Origin: an uncultured bacterium
GTDB taxonomy: Bacteria > Planctomycetota > UBA1135 > GCA-002686595
Direction: 5' to 3'
Assembly: GCA_943787795.1 (NCBI GenBank)
Contig: CALSNU010000004.1
Span: 640,001-704,000 of the forward strand
Length of the DNA: 64,000 nt
Shown here: piece by piece, positions 21,487 to 32,361 of the stretch
How the letters are laid out: the number at the start of each line of letters is the position of its first letter
Numbering within the stretch: the first letter of the stretch is position 1
Program-made: the position numbers and the translations under genes
Notes under the pieces: generated by a model
Database searches by the model: none
Told to the model about the DNA's origin: nothing
What the model saw: the letters and a program-made list of their open reading frames with translations, nothing else

Positions 21487-21664
21487 GAGAGCAGCTCGGA
21501 CCCGAACGGGCTCGATCAAGGGGGGCGACGCGCCCGATCCCGACGACACGCCCGACGACTCCCGGAAGCGAGTGAGGGGCCGATCCCCTCCGCCGCCCGG
21601 ACGGGAGCCCTCGAGGCTCCGTGCGGATGGACGAGCGAGAGGTGATCGACGCCCCCGCCTCACC

Positions 21665-23524
21665 TCAAGGGCAGGTCTGAATCGCGAGGGCGTTCGACAG
21701 GCTCGGAGACAGGCCCTGGCTCAGCGCCTGCACCGCGAACTGACCGCTGGAGAGCGCCGTCCATCCAGCGGCGCCGGGGTGCCACGGGAGGAGAGCCGCG
21801 CCCCCCGGCCCGGCCTGCCCGTGCGCGATCACGCGCCGACCGCCGCCGAGGCAGAGGCTCCCCGCAGGCACGCCCATCGGCAGGCCGCGCTGGCCGCCCA
21901 CGAGGGCGACGGTGGCGCCGGGCGCCGCGTCGGTCAGCACGAAGTGCAGGCTGCTCGCTGCCTGCGGCGGCATCAGCTCGAGCTGCGGCGCGCCGGCTCC
22001 CTGGTCGCAGAAGGACACCACGTCGAAGCAAGGACCGGTGCCGTCCAGCGGCACCCGGGTGTAGGGAGCGCTGATCGGGAGCGTATGGCCATCGACGGTC
22101 GCGGTGTGGGTGGTGACCAGGTCGATGGACGTGCGCCCCGGCTCCAGCAGAATCGAGACGGTCCAGGTGCTGCCGCTCCCCACCATCTCGGCCCAGTTCT
22201 CCGCAGGGAAGAGGTCGTAGAGATACCAGGACGATCCGTCCGGGCCGCGGTCGTACATCCAGAAGACGCGGCTCTCCTCGGGCTCGCCGCCCTCGGGGAA
22301 GGTCACCGTGACGTCGAGCTCGGCGCCGTTGACCACCGCGGAGATCTCGGGCGTCTCGAGCCCGCCCTCGGCGCCGAACAGCTGCTCGGCGAAGAAGGCG
22401 CGGTTCACGCTGCTCCTGGGCGCCTCGGGGTGACCTCCGCGTGCGTGCCCGCCGTTGGGGACGATGTAGGTCCGCAGGCCGGGCAGGACCGTGCTCGTGT
22501 CGTGCACGTCGTGCACGACCCAGTCGTGGGAGCCCGGGAGGCTGAAGATCTCGACACCCCGGTCCGTGAGCTGCTCCCAGTTCTCGCTCACGTAGAGGTC
22601 GTCGGCGACGCCGTCGAAAGCCGCCCGCATCTCCGCCTCGGTCCACCCGTAGGCACGGACGGCCGCGCGGAACTCGGCCCCGGACCGAAAGCCCTTCAAG
22701 TAGTGGTCCCATGGCTGATCGCCGGCCGGGAGGCCCGCGGCCACGGCCAGGTCGAACTCCTCGTCCGCCGCGACGACCTCGGCGACGGCGTCGGGGTCCC
22801 CGGCTCGAACGGGAGTGAGCGCCGTGAACGCGTGTGTGCTCCGGACCGCCGTGATGCGCACGTCGTGGATGGACGAGATCAGGGGCGCGATGCCGTTCTT
22901 GGAGTTGCCGTGCGCGATGACCGGGCCAGGCTCGAACAGCGAATCGTCGAAGGCCGCGGTGATCGAGCGCATCATGATGGAGCTCCACAGGAAGAACTCC
23001 GTGTAGCGGTAGTCGAGGGTCTCGATGAAGCGACCCCTCAGCACGAACTCTGAGGGGAGATCGGGGTAGTTGCCGAGCCCGGTGATCATCGGGGTGACGA
23101 CCCCGACGCCGCCGTCGATGGCCAGCGCGGTCCCGTCGCTCACGAAGAGCTGCTGGTCCCCCACGGTATCCCCCCCCCCGATCACGAAGCCGCTGACGGT
23201 GCCCGTGAGGGGGACCACGAGCCTGACGGGCACTCGGATCTCCACGCCGGCCCACCAGTCGTCGACGTGGATGTCGATGAGCTTCTGGCGGGTGGTGCCG
23301 CCGACGCTGTCGACGTGCCAGTCCTCCAAGACGACGACGTCCAACGTGCTCACGTCGGTCATGGTCGGCATGTGGAAGGGCTCGTCGAGGGTGGGGCCGC
23401 TGAGCTGAACCGAGCCCGTGGCGTCGGAGAACACCGTGTTCTGCGAGAGCGCCGCGGGCGTCAACAGGAGGGCCAGGGCGACGATGCTCCTGGCAGGGAG
23501 CGCGATCAGGATCGTGTTGGTCAT
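21665..23524 (-). CDS. Secreted PqaA-like alpha/beta-hydrolase-fold protein with degenerate shared C-terminal domain
   Basis: Signal peptide; HGNSKNG resembles the PqaA GASKRG motif; C-terminal GSLCLGG...FAVQA...SLSNALAIQTCP. Confidence 0.6.
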   Translation of the reverse strand: MTNTILIALPARSIVALALLLTPAALSQNTVFSDATGSVQLSGPTLDEPFHMPTMTDVSTLDVVVLEDWHVDSVGGTTRQKLIDIHVDDWWAGVEIRVPVRLVVPLTGTVSGFVIGGGDTVGDQQLFVSDGTALAIDGGVGVVTPMITGLGNYPDLPSEFVLRGRFIETLDYRYTEFFLWSSIMMRSITAAFDDSLFEPGPVIAHGNSKNGIAPLISSIHDVRITAVRSTHAFTALTPVRAGDPDAVAEVVAADEEFDLAVAAGLPAGDQPWDHYLKGFRSGAEFRAAVRAYGWTEAEMRAAFDGVADDLYVSENWEQLTDRGVEIFSLPGSHDWVVHDVHDTSTVLPGLRTYIVPNGGHARGGHPEAPRSSVNRAFFAEQLFGAEGGLETPEISAVVNGAELDVTVTFPEGGEPEESRVFWMYDRGPDGSSWYLYDLFPAENWAEMVGSGSTWTVSILLEPGRTSIDLVTTHTATVDGHTLPISAPYTRVPLDGTGPCFDVVSFCDQGAGAPQLELMPPQAASSLHFVLTDAAPGATVALVGGQRGLPMGVPAGSLCLGGGRRVIAHGQAGPGGAALLPWHPGAAGWTALSSGQFAVQALSQGLSPSLSNALAIQTCP

Positions 23525-23748
23525 GGGCTCTTCTCCCTTGGTGCCAAGGGCGATGCAGGCAGAGTCGGCGGGTTCGCTGGGGTGCCCGTGTGGGCGGTGC
23601 TTTGAACCCAGGCACGGAGCGCCGGTTCCGATCGAACCGGGGATCCTCAGGGGTCCCTGTGGCCGCGTCGGCCGCGGACGCGAGACGCGGCCGCGGGACG
23701 GGAGCGCCGGGGCGCCCCGGGACAGCGAGGACCGAACCGGGCGGGGGC

Positions 23749-24939
23749 TCAGCCCAGGGCCGCGAGCCGCTCCACGAGGCGATCCACGTCGGCCTCGACC
23801 TGGTACAGCCCGAAGCCGAAGCGCAGCCGGTCGCCCCGCGCGTCCGTGATGACCCGCGCCTCGAGGAGGCGCCGCTGGAGGTCGCGCGCGTCACCTCGTC
23901 GGAAGGTCAGGAAGTGGCCGCGGCGCGCGCCCGGGACCTCATGGCGGCCGGGGATCAGCTCGGACAGGTCGAGGGGCCCCGCGTCGCCCGCGCCGACCCG
24001 GTCGAGGAACCGCTCCTGAAGCGCCACGACGTGATCGTGGATGGCGGCCACGGTGACCCCCTCGGCCTCGAGGAGCTCGAAGACCGCCTGAAGCCGATGG
24101 AACGGGGTCGGCTCGAAGGTCGCCCCCAGCATCCGGGAGGCGCCGGGGTCGTAGCCCACCTGCCCCCCCTGCTCCCCATCGAGCGACCCGAAGCCGGCGA
24201 ACCAGCCCGTGAACTCCGGCCGCTCCTCGCGCCCATCCGGCGCCACGATGAACGAGACCCCCTCGCCCGCCATGGCGTACTTGTAGCCGCCGCTCATGTA
24301 GTAGAGCCGGTCGGCGTGGGGCGCCAGGTCGGTCGGCAGGGCGAAGAAGCCGTGGTAACCGTCCACCACACAGGCGGTCTCCTCGGGCAGCGCAGAGAGC
24401 AGCTCAAACACCTCGTCGAAAGCGTGGCCCGAGGAGAAGAACACGTGGCTCGCGAAGGCGAGGTCCCAGGGGCCGTCCGCCGCGGCCGCCTCGAAGCGCT
24501 CGGGCAGGGTGTCGAAGGGCTCGGCGGCGACCTGGGTCCAATGGACCCGCCCGCTCTCCTCGAAGCGCTTCATCTGGCGCGTGAAGCTGTGGAACTCGGC
24601 GTCGGTGGAGAGCACGCGCAGGGGCCGGTGCTCGTTCCACGCGGGCAGCGCGCTCATGAGGCGCAGGATCAGATCGTGGGTGTTCGCCGAGAAGGCCACG
24701 CGATTCGGGTCCGCCACCCCGAGGGTCTTCGCCACGCCGGCCTGGCAGGCGGGATAGACCTCGGAGAAGAAGCGCCCCCACTTCTCGTCCGCGAGAGTGA
24801 CCGCGTCCTCGAAGGCCCGCAGGTGCGCCGCGCGCGCCGCGTCGGGCCACAGGTGGTGGCTGTGGGCCGCGAAGTGCAGCCGCTCGGGCTCGGCGGCGAG
24901 GGCGGTGCGAAAGAGGTGGGTGACGTCGAGGGTGCTCAC
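23749..24939 (-). CDS. PLP-dependent aminotransferase class V, kynureninase-like
   Basis: HFAAHSHH, VDGYHG, SGGYKYAMAGEG (PLP Lys), DARGDRLRFGFG; GTG start 24939. Confidence 0.85.
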   Translation of the reverse strand: MSTLDVTHLFRTALAAEPERLHFAAHSHHLWPDAARAAHLRAFEDAVTLADEKWGRFFSEVYPACQAGVAKTLGVADPNRVAFSANTHDLILRLMSALPAWNEHRPLRVLSTDAEFHSFTRQMKRFEESGRVHWTQVAAEPFDTLPERFEAAAADGPWDLAFASHVFFSSGHAFDEVFELLSALPEETACVVDGYHGFFALPTDLAPHADRLYYMSGGYKYAMAGEGVSFIVAPDGREERPEFTGWFAGFGSLDGEQGGQVGYDPGASRMLGATFEPTPFHRLQAVFELLEAEGVTVAAIHDHVVALQERFLDRVGAGDAGPLDLSELIPGRHEVPGARRGHFLTFRRGDARDLQRRLLEARVITDARGDRLRFGFGLYQVEADVDRLVERLAALG

Positions 24940-25041
24940 GCCGCGAGGGTAACCGGGAGGCGGTGGAGCGAGTATCCCGGCTGCGGATAGACTCGGGAAC
25001 GCCACGAAGCCCATCCCTCTCCAAAGCCCCATCCCCCCGCG

Positions 25042-26403
25042 ATGAGCCAGACCTTCGACCGCCGCTCCCTCCTCGTCACCGCCGGTGCCGCCACCGCCAC
25101 CCTCCTCGGCGCGTGCGCCACCCAGACCCAGCGACAGGTCGCCCCCCGCGCCGCAGGGAGGAAGCTGCGGCACGGCGCCATCGCCTGCGGGGGCATGGGC
25201 TTCAGCGACCTGCGTGCGCTGGCCAGCCACCCCGAGATCGAGGTCGTGGCGCTCTGCGACGTGGACACCGCCCGCATCGAGGGCGCACGCAAGTTCGGGA
25301 CGAACGCCCGCGAGTTCCAGGACTGGCGGGTGATGCTCGACGAGATGGCCGGGGAGATGGACTCGGTCCACGTCTCGACCCCCGACCACATGCACGCGGC
25401 CATCGCCATGGCCGCCATGGCCCGGGGCCTGCACGTGTACTGCCAGAAGCCCCTGACGAAGACCGTCGCCGAGGCGCGCGCCATGCGGCGCATGGCGGCC
25501 GAGACCGGCGTGGTCACCCAGATGGGCATCCAGAACCACTCCAACCAGAACTACGCCCGCGCGCTGGCGCTCTTCCGCCAGGACCTCATCGGCAAGATCC
25601 ACGAGGTGCACGTGTGGTCCGACCGCCCCGCGGGGTGGTGGCCCCAGGGCGTCGAGCGGCCCGAGGGGTCTGACCCGATCCCCGAGACCCTGGACTGGGA
25701 CGCCTGGCTCGGCGTCGCGCCGGAGCGCCCCTTCAAGGCCGGTGAGTACCACCCCTTCAAGTGGCGCGGCCGGGAGGACTTCGGCACCGGCGCCCAGGGC
25801 GACATGGCGTGCCACCTCATGGACCCGGTCCCGTGGTTCCTCGGCCTCGACTCGCCGCTGACGATTCGCTCGGACGGCCCGGCTCCGAACGGCGAGAGCT
25901 TCCCGCTCTGGTCCCGGGTGCACTACACCTTCGCGCCCAACAGGCTCACGACCCGCGGCCCGCTCCCGGTGACCTGGCACGACGGAGGGATGCTGCCCCC
26001 CGAGGACCTGCTCGCGTCCCTCGGCACCGACCGCGCCTCGCTCCCGAAGAACGCCTGCCTGTTCGTGGGCACCAAGGGCGCCCTGATCGCCAACCCCTAC
26101 GGCGAGCCGCAGCTCCTGCCCGCGGAGGGCTACGCCGAGGTCGGGCTGCCCGACGTGAAGGGCACGAACCACTGGCACCAGTGGATCGACGCCTGCCGCG
26201 GAGAGGGCGAGGCCTCCGCGCCCTTCGACTACGCGGCCAAGCTGACCGAGGTCGCGCTGCTGGGGAACATCGCCCTGCGCTTCCCCCACGAGACCCTGAC
26301 CTACGACGGAGACGCCATGCGCTTCACGGACCGACCCGAGGCCGACCCCTTCCTCTACCCGAACGAGCGCGCGGGCTGGAAGATCGAGGGACTGGGAGCC
26401 TGA
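25042..26403 (+). CDS. Tat-exported Gfo/Idh/MocA oxidoreductase
   Basis: RRSLL twin-arginine leader; STPDHMHA, HVYCQKPL, GDMACH. Confidence 0.92.
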   Translation: MSQTFDRRSLLVTAGAATATLLGACATQTQRQVAPRAAGRKLRHGAIACGGMGFSDLRALASHPEIEVVALCDVDTARIEGARKFGTNAREFQDWRVMLDEMAGEMDSVHVSTPDHMHAAIAMAAMARGLHVYCQKPLTKTVAEARAMRRMAAETGVVTQMGIQNHSNQNYARALALFRQDLIGKIHEVHVWSDRPAGWWPQGVERPEGSDPIPETLDWDAWLGVAPERPFKAGEYHPFKWRGREDFGTGAQGDMACHLMDPVPWFLGLDSPLTIRSDGPAPNGESFPLWSRVHYTFAPNRLTTRGPLPVTWHDGGMLPPEDLLASLGTDRASLPKNACLFVGTKGALIANPYGEPQLLPAEGYAEVGLPDVKGTNHWHQWIDACRGEGEASAPFDYAAKLTEVALLGNIALRFPHETLTYDGDAMRFTDRPEADPFLYPNERAGWKIEGLGA

Positions 26404-26459
26404 TCCCCGCCGCACCGCGCGGCGGCTGACCGTTGGCCGCCGCCGTCTCGACCGCCATG

Positions 26460-26502
26460 AATCGCCGCGAGGGGGCCCTGAGAGGGGCCCTCTGCGGCGA
26501 TT
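26460..26502. terminator. Long GC hairpin between genes
   Basis: AATCGCCGC-GAGGGGGCCC / GGGCCCTC-T-GCGGCGATT imperfect inverted repeat. Confidence 0.5.
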
Positions 26503-26592
26503 TGTCATGGGGCATGGAATATGGGGCGGGTCCAGAGGTACAGAAGCATCTCGCCGACCTCTTCCCCGCCGCACCCGGACCACCCGCACAAG

Positions 26593-27489
26593 ATGACCCC
26601 GAGCCGATCCTCCATCGAGAGCCCCATGGCGCCAGCCTCCGGCTGGCCCGTCCTGATCGCCGTACTCCTGACCCCGCCTCTCCTGCTGCTCGGCGGGGCC
26701 GGCCTCAACGCAGCGGACGTCCCCGAGGGCGTGATCGGACTCGGCGTCGCCATCGTCGGGGTGGCGTGGTTCATCTGCCTCTGCGGCTTCTACATCGTCA
26801 ACCCGAACATGAGCCGGGTGATGGTGCTCTTCGGCAACTACCGGGGCACGGTGCGCAGGCCCGGCTTCTGGTGGACGAATCCCTTCACGGTGAAGAACAA
26901 GCTCTCGCTCCGCGCGCACAACGTGTCCAGCGAGAAGATCAAGGTGAACGACTCGGTGGGCAACCCCATCGAGATCGGCGCCGTGGTCGTCTGGAAGATC
27001 CACGACACCGCCCAGGCGAGCTTCGACGTGGAGGACTACGTGGAGTACGTGGACATCCAGGTCGAGGCCGCGGTCCGCACCCTCGCCAGCGCTCACCCCT
27101 ACGACGAGCCCGGGGGCGACGAGTCGGTCGTCTCCCTGCGCGGCGACCGCGATGAGGTCACGGCCGAGCTGCAGGTCGCCCTCTCCGAGCGCCTCGAGCG
27201 CGCCGGGGTCGAGGTGGTCGAGGCGCGCCTGAGCCACCTGGCCTATGCGCCAGAGATCGCCTCTGTGATGCTTCAGCGCCAGCAGGCCCAGGCCATCATC
27301 GCCGCCCGGCGCCAGATCGTCGAGGGCGCCGTCGGCATGGTCCACGAGGCCCTCGAGATGCTGAAGGAGGGTGACGTGGTCACCCTGGACGACGAGCGCA
27401 AGGCGGCGCTGGTGGGCAACCTGCTCGTGGTCCTCTGCGGCCAGGAGAGCGCCCAGCCGATCCTCAACACCGGCTCGCTCTCCAGCTGA
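26593..27489 (+). CDS. SPFH/band 7 domain membrane protein
   Basis: Two TM segments; [43 protein letters not shown]. Confidence 0.9.
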   Translation: MTPSRSSIESPMAPASGWPVLIAVLLTPPLLLLGGAGLNAADVPEGVIGLGVAIVGVAWFICLCGFYIVNPNMSRVMVLFGNYRGTVRRPGFWWTNPFTVKNKLSLRAHNVSSEKIKVNDSVGNPIEIGAVVVWKIHDTAQASFDVEDYVEYVDIQVEAAVRTLASAHPYDEPGGDESVVSLRGDRDEVTAELQVALSERLERAGVEVVEARLSHLAYAPEIASVMLQRQQAQAIIAARRQIVEGAVGMVHEALEMLKEGDVVTLDDERKAALVGNLLVVLCGQESAQPILNTGSLSS

Positions 27490-27591
27490 TCGGGCGACGC
27501 GGCGAGGAGAAGTCAGGGCGCGGGAGCGATGCTCTCGCTAGGGTCTCCGCTCCCGCCGGCGCTGCTCCGGCCCAGCTCCCCCCGTTCCCCA

Positions 27592-28821
27592 ATGGCTCCC
27601 ACCCTCCACCTCGAGTGGCTCGCCGACGGCGACCTCCTCTCCGTCCCCGGCTGGCGCGGGGCGGGCATCAAGACCGGCGTCAAGGAGAGCGGCGCCCCGG
27701 ACCTGGCCCTGTTCCAGGCCGACAGCCCCCGGCCGGCCGCGGCGGTGTTCACACGCAACGAGCTGCCCGCCGCATGCGTCCTGCTCGGCCGCCAGGCCAT
27801 GGCCCGCCGCCCGGAGCTCCGCACCCTGTGCGTGAACTCGGGGAACGCGAACGCCATGACCGGCGCCCAGGGCCGCGCGGACGCCGAGCGCATCGCGGAG
27901 CTGGTCGAGCGTCACGCCGGCGGTCCCGCCCTCGCGGTCTCCACCGGCATCATCGGCGTGCCGCTCCCCATGGGGCTGGTGGAGCCCGGCATCGAGGAGG
28001 CCGCGCGCTCGCTCACTGCGCCCTGCCCCCAGCTCGCGGACGCGATCCTCACCACCGACACGTGCCGCAAGACCTGCGCCGTGGAAGCGGAGCTGCCCGC
28101 CCACGGGGATCAGCCCGCTCGCGTGGTGCGCGTGGGCGGCATGGCCAAGGGGTCGGGGATGATCCACCCCAACATGGCCACCATGCTCGCCTTCGTGGCC
28201 ACCGACGCCCCGGTCGAGACGGGGGCCCTCGACGGGCTCCTCCGGCGGGCCACCGACGCCTCCTTCCACGAGATCAGCGTGGACGGAGACACCAGCACCA
28301 ATGACACGGTGGTCCTCCTCGGCGGCCCCTCTGGAGCGCAGGACATCACCGATGGCGACCCGCGCCTCCCGGCCCTGGAGGCCGCCGTCACCGCGGTCAT
28401 GCAGCGCCTCGCGAGGGCGATCGTGCTCGACGGTGAGGGGCGCACCCGGCTCATGGAGCTCCACGTGACCGGAGCGAGGGACACGGCCAGCGCGCGGCGC
28501 GTGGCGGAGAGCGTGGCGTGCTCCTCCCTGGTCAAGACCGCGCTCGCTGGCGGGGATCCCAACTGGGGTCGCATCCTGGCCGCAGCCGCCAACGCGGGCG
28601 TGTCGCTGGAGGGCGCAGCGCCGTCGCTTGAGGTCTGCGGCCACCGGGTCTTCGAGGACGGCGCTCCCACCGACTACGACCGCGGGGAGGTGGACACCGC
28701 GTTCTCCGCCGAGGAGGTCCAGGTGGTCCTCCATCTCGGCCTCGGCGACGCGATCGCGCGGCGCTGGACCACGGACCTCTCCACCGAGTACGTGCGGCTC
28801 AACGCCGAGTACACCACCTGA
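27592..28821 (+). CDS. argJ: Ornithine acetyltransferase / N-acetylglutamate synthase
   Basis: NSGNANA, STGIIG, KGSGMIHPNMATML, DGDTSTND, DPNWGR, C-terminal NAEYTT. Confidence 0.95.
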   Translation: MAPTLHLEWLADGDLLSVPGWRGAGIKTGVKESGAPDLALFQADSPRPAAAVFTRNELPAACVLLGRQAMARRPELRTLCVNSGNANAMTGAQGRADAERIAELVERHAGGPALAVSTGIIGVPLPMGLVEPGIEEAARSLTAPCPQLADAILTTDTCRKTCAVEAELPAHGDQPARVVRVGGMAKGSGMIHPNMATMLAFVATDAPVETGALDGLLRRATDASFHEISVDGDTSTNDTVVLLGGPSGAQDITDGDPRLPALEAAVTAVMQRLARAIVLDGEGRTRLMELHVTGARDTASARRVAESVACSSLVKTALAGGDPNWGRILAAAANAGVSLEGAAPSLEVCGHRVFEDGAPTDYDRGEVDTAFSAEEVQVVLHLGLGDAIARRWTTDLSTEYVRLNAEYTT

Positions 28822-28860
28822 CCACCGCGCGCCGAAGCGCGCGGCGATCGGCCGGCCTCC

Positions 28861-30942
28861 TCAGAGGTAGACGTTCCTCACGTAGTCGCCCACCATCCGG
28901 TGCGTATTGAATTGCCCGGGGATCGTCATCAGGGAGTGGCGAGCCCGCTCCATCCAGCGGCGAGGCAGACCCGTCTTGTCGCGATCGAAGAACTCAGGGA
29001 CGAGCTCACGCTCGAGCAGATCAACGAGGGCATCCGCGTCATAGGCGTCCTGCTTGCGGCGGCTCTTGAACTCGCTGCCGTCGCCGATGGCCCAGCCGTT
29101 CTCGCCATCGAAGCCCTCGGGCCACCAGCCGTCGAGGATCGACGCGTTCAGGCCCCCGTGCAGGGGCGGCTTCATGCCGCTGGTTCCGCTGGCCTCGTTG
29201 GGTCGGATCGGGTTGTTGAGCCACACGTCGCAGCCGCTGGTGAGCACGCGCCCCACCTGCATGTCGTACTCCTCGAGCAGGGCGACCCTGCCCTTGAAGC
29301 CCGCCTTGCGAGCCTGGGTGTGGATGATCTGCGCGAGCTCCTGCCCGCCCTCGTCGCGGGGATGCGCCTTGCCTGCGAACACCAGCTGCACCGGCCGGTC
29401 GGGATCACCGAGCAGCGCCGCGAGGCGCTTGGCCTCCTTGAAAATGAGCGGGGCCCGCTTGTAGGTGGCGAAGCGCCGCGCGAAGCCGAGGGTCAGCGCG
29501 TCCTCGTCGAAGGCGCGGTACGCCTCGGCCACGGCCGCGGCCCCCTCGCCGCGCCGCGCCGCCTGACGCGCGAGGCGGGTCCGAACGAAGTGCACCAGTC
29601 GGCTGCGGAGCGTCTTGCGGAGCTCCCAGAGGGCCTCGAGGGGGATCTTGGACGCCCTCTTCCAGGGGTCGTCGTCCGGCCCCATGCCGTTCCACTTGAC
29701 CTTGAGGTAGCGGCGATAGAGCTCGTCCGCCTCCGGCGCGAGCCAGGTCCGCGCGTGAATGCCGTTGGTCACGTGCCCGATGGGCACGTCCGCGACCTCT
29801 TCCACGTCAAAGACCCCCTTCCACATCTCCCGGCTCACGTGACCGTGCAGCTCCGCCACGCCGTTCACGTTTCGCGCCGTGTTGAGGCCAAGCACCGTCA
29901 TGCAGACCGGCTCGAGACGATCTCCGGGGTTCTCGCGGCCCAGGTCAGCGAACGCCTCCGCGCTGAGGCCCAACTCCTTGAGGATCGGGCGCAGGTACTT
30001 GCCCACGTCCTTCGCGCCGTAGCGGTCATGCCCCGCGGGCACGGGCGTGTGGGTCGTGAAGACCGTGCTCTCGCGGACCGCCGCGAACGCCGCGTCATAG
30101 CTCTTGCCGCGGGCCATCATCGCACGCATGCGCTCCACCGCGGCGAAGGCCGCGTGGCCCTCGTTGAGGTGGACGACCGTGGGCTTGAAGCGCATGGCCT
30201 CGAGGGCCCGGGCGCCCCCCACTCCCAGCAGGACCTGCTGGCGAAGGCGCAGGTCCGGCTCTCCCTTGTAGAGACCCTCGGTCAGCTGGCGGTGGGCCTT
30301 GGGCTCACCCTCGATGTCCGCGTCCAGCAGGTACAGGGAGACCCGCCCCACCTGCTGCTTCCAGATCTTGGCCCGGACCATCTTCCCACCGATGGGGCAT
30401 TGGACCTCCTTGCCCGTGTCGACGATCGGCAGGTCGCCGAACTCCACCGTCGGGTAGAGCACGCGGGTCGAGCCGTCGCCGCGCAGCTCCTGGATGTAGT
30501 AGCCGTGGCGGTAAAGGAGCCCGACGCCCACGAAGGGGATGCCGAGGTCCGAGGCGGACTTCACGTGGTCCCCGGCGAGGACGCCCAGGCCACCGGAGTA
30601 CTGCTGGAGGCTCTCGTGGATCGCGAACTCGCTGCAGAAGTACGCGACCTTGAGGTCGGGGTTACGCGGGGCGACCTTGCGCTCGAACCAGGTCTGCGCC
30701 GCGTAGTAGTCCCTCCCGGCGGCCTCCGCGTCCTCGAGCAGGCGGACGAACCGCTCGTCCGCCGCGCAGGCGTCGAGGCGCGCGCTGGGGACGCGGCGCA
30801 GGGTCTCCAGCGGCGCGTGCTGCGTCGCCTCCCATTGCATGGGATCGAGCGCGCCGAACACGGCCTGGGTGGTCGGGCACCAGGACCAGCGGAGATCGAG
30901 GGCGAGGGCGGAGAGGCGCTTGGCGAGGGCTTTTGTCTTCAT
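28861..30942 (-). CDS. glgP: Alpha-glucan phosphorylase (GT35)
   Basis: YSGGLGVLAGDH, HLNEGH, FTTHTPVPAGHD, ARRFATYKR, EASGTSGMK. Confidence 0.95.
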   Translation of the reverse strand: MKTKALAKRLSALALDLRWSWCPTTQAVFGALDPMQWEATQHAPLETLRRVPSARLDACAADERFVRLLEDAEAAGRDYYAAQTWFERKVAPRNPDLKVAYFCSEFAIHESLQQYSGGLGVLAGDHVKSASDLGIPFVGVGLLYRHGYYIQELRGDGSTRVLYPTVEFGDLPIVDTGKEVQCPIGGKMVRAKIWKQQVGRVSLYLLDADIEGEPKAHRQLTEGLYKGEPDLRLRQQVLLGVGGARALEAMRFKPTVVHLNEGHAAFAAVERMRAMMARGKSYDAAFAAVRESTVFTTHTPVPAGHDRYGAKDVGKYLRPILKELGLSAEAFADLGRENPGDRLEPVCMTVLGLNTARNVNGVAELHGHVSREMWKGVFDVEEVADVPIGHVTNGIHARTWLAPEADELYRRYLKVKWNGMGPDDDPWKRASKIPLEALWELRKTLRSRLVHFVRTRLARQAARRGEGAAAVAEAYRAFDEDALTLGFARRFATYKRAPLIFKEAKRLAALLGDPDRPVQLVFAGKAHPRDEGGQELAQIIHTQARKAGFKGRVALLEEYDMQVGRVLTSGCDVWLNNPIRPNEASGTSGMKPPLHGGLNASILDGWWPEGFDGENGWAIGDGSEFKSRRKQDAYDADALVDLLERELVPEFFDRDKTGLPRRWMERARHSLMTIPGQFNTHRMVGDYVRNVYL

Positions 30943-32354
30943 CGATCCGCCAACCGGTCGGTGGCGTCAAGGAGTTCATGGAGTCGGCGTGCACGTGCCG
31001 CGGTGAGGTCGCGGCGCGACACGCGCCAGGCCCAGTTACCGGAGGGCGTGCCGGGTGTGTTCATGCGGGCCGCGCGGCCCAGCCCGAGGACATCCTGGAG
31101 CTGGAAGAGCGCAGTGTGCGCGCTCGTCGCGCAGGCGGAGCGGATCATATCCGTCGCGACGGTCGGTCCGTCGCCCCCGGTCGCGGCTCGGAACCGCCGC
31201 CTCGTCACGGGGTCGGCGCTCCGCCACCAGCCAGCGCAGGTGTCGTTGTCGTGGGTCGCGGGGTAGACGACCGCGTCCGCGCCGATCGCGTGGGGCGCGT
31301 GGAAGGAGCCCGGGCCGAACCCCCACTGGAGAACCCGCATCCCAGGGAGCTCGAACCGGTCGCGCAGCTCATGGACCTCGGGCGTCACCGATCCGAGGTC
31401 CTCAGCGATGAGCGGGAGGCCGCCGAGCTCCCCTCGAATCGCCTCAAGGAGCTCCTCTCCCGGCGTCTCCATCCAGACTCCGTCGCGCGCGTTCGCGGCG
31501 CCGGCGGGGACCTCCCAGGCGTTCCGGAAGCCGATGAAGTGATCGATCCTGATGGCCTCGAAGAGGTCCATCTGCCGGCGCATACGCGCCCTCCACCACG
31601 CGAAGCCCTCGGCCCGGTGGGCGTCCCAGTCGTAGTGCGGGTGGCCCCAGAGCTGACCGTCCTCGTTCATGGAGTCCGGCGGGCATCCGGTCAGGACAAG
31701 GGGCTGGCCCTCTGCATCAAGACGGAAGAGCTCGGGCCGAGAGCTCACGTCCACCGAGTCCAGCGCCACGAAGATCGGGGCGTCCCCCATGAGGAGCACG
31801 CCGCGCTCGCGGGCGTAGTCCCGCAGGGCGGTCCACTGGCGATCCAGCTGGAACTGGAGGAAGCGAGCGAGCTCGGCATCCTTGGGGCTGGCTCCGTTGG
31901 CCGCGCAGAAGGCGTCCAGCCAGCCGGCCTCGCGCGCGCAGTAGCGATCGAAGGTCGCGCGCTGACGACGGCGGCGCTGCCAGGCCCCGAAGGCCTTCGC
32001 CAGCCGCGCCTGCTTGAACGGCCGGGCCTTCGCGTAGCGCACCTTGCCCTCGCGCAGCTCGCTGGGCCCCGAGAGATCGGAGCGGTCGAGGAGGCCTTGC
32101 TCGGCGAGGATCTCCAGGGAGAGGTAGATGGGCTCGGAGGCAAAGGCCGAGCTGGATGCGTAGGGCGAGTGGCCGGGTCCGAGGGGGACGACGGGCAGCA
32201 TCTGCCACCAGGTCACCCCGGCGCGGGCGAGCCAGTCCACGAAGCGGTACGCCTCGGGGCCGAGGTCGCCGATGCCGTGCCGCCCCGGCAGGGAAGCAAG
32301 CGGCATGAGCACCCCCGCAGCGCGGGGGAACAAGTCGGTGAAGGACCCGGTCAT
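30939..32354 (-). CDS. malQ: 4-alpha-glucanotransferase (GH77)
   Basis: GIGDLG, WQMLP, GQLWGHP, RIDHFIGF, AEDLG, THDNDT, RMNTPG. Confidence 0.95.
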   Translation of the reverse strand: MTGSFTDLFPRAAGVLMPLASLPGRHGIGDLGPEAYRFVDWLARAGVTWWQMLPVVPLGPGHSPYASSSAFASEPIYLSLEILAEQGLLDRSDLSGPSELREGKVRYAKARPFKQARLAKAFGAWQRRRRQRATFDRYCAREAGWLDAFCAANGASPKDAELARFLQFQLDRQWTALRDYARERGVLLMGDAPIFVALDSVDVSSRPELFRLDAEGQPLVLTGCPPDSMNEDGQLWGHPHYDWDAHRAEGFAWWRARMRRQMDLFEAIRIDHFIGFRNAWEVPAGAANARDGVWMETPGEELLEAIRGELGGLPLIAEDLGSVTPEVHELRDRFELPGMRVLQWGFGPGSFHAPHAIGADAVVYPATHDNDTCAGWWRSADPVTRRRFRAATGGDGPTVATDMIRSACATSAHTALFQLQDVLGLGRAARMNTPGTPSGNWAWRVSRRDLTAARARRLHELLDATDRLADR

Positions 32355-32361
32355 GGGAGTG

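Noticed and set aside
24940..27345. 1198-aa ORF 23749..27345 as a giant fusion protein
   Set aside because: The upstream ~800 codons are the antisense shadow of the Gfo/Idh/MocA and SPFH genes; only the last ~396 aa are real.
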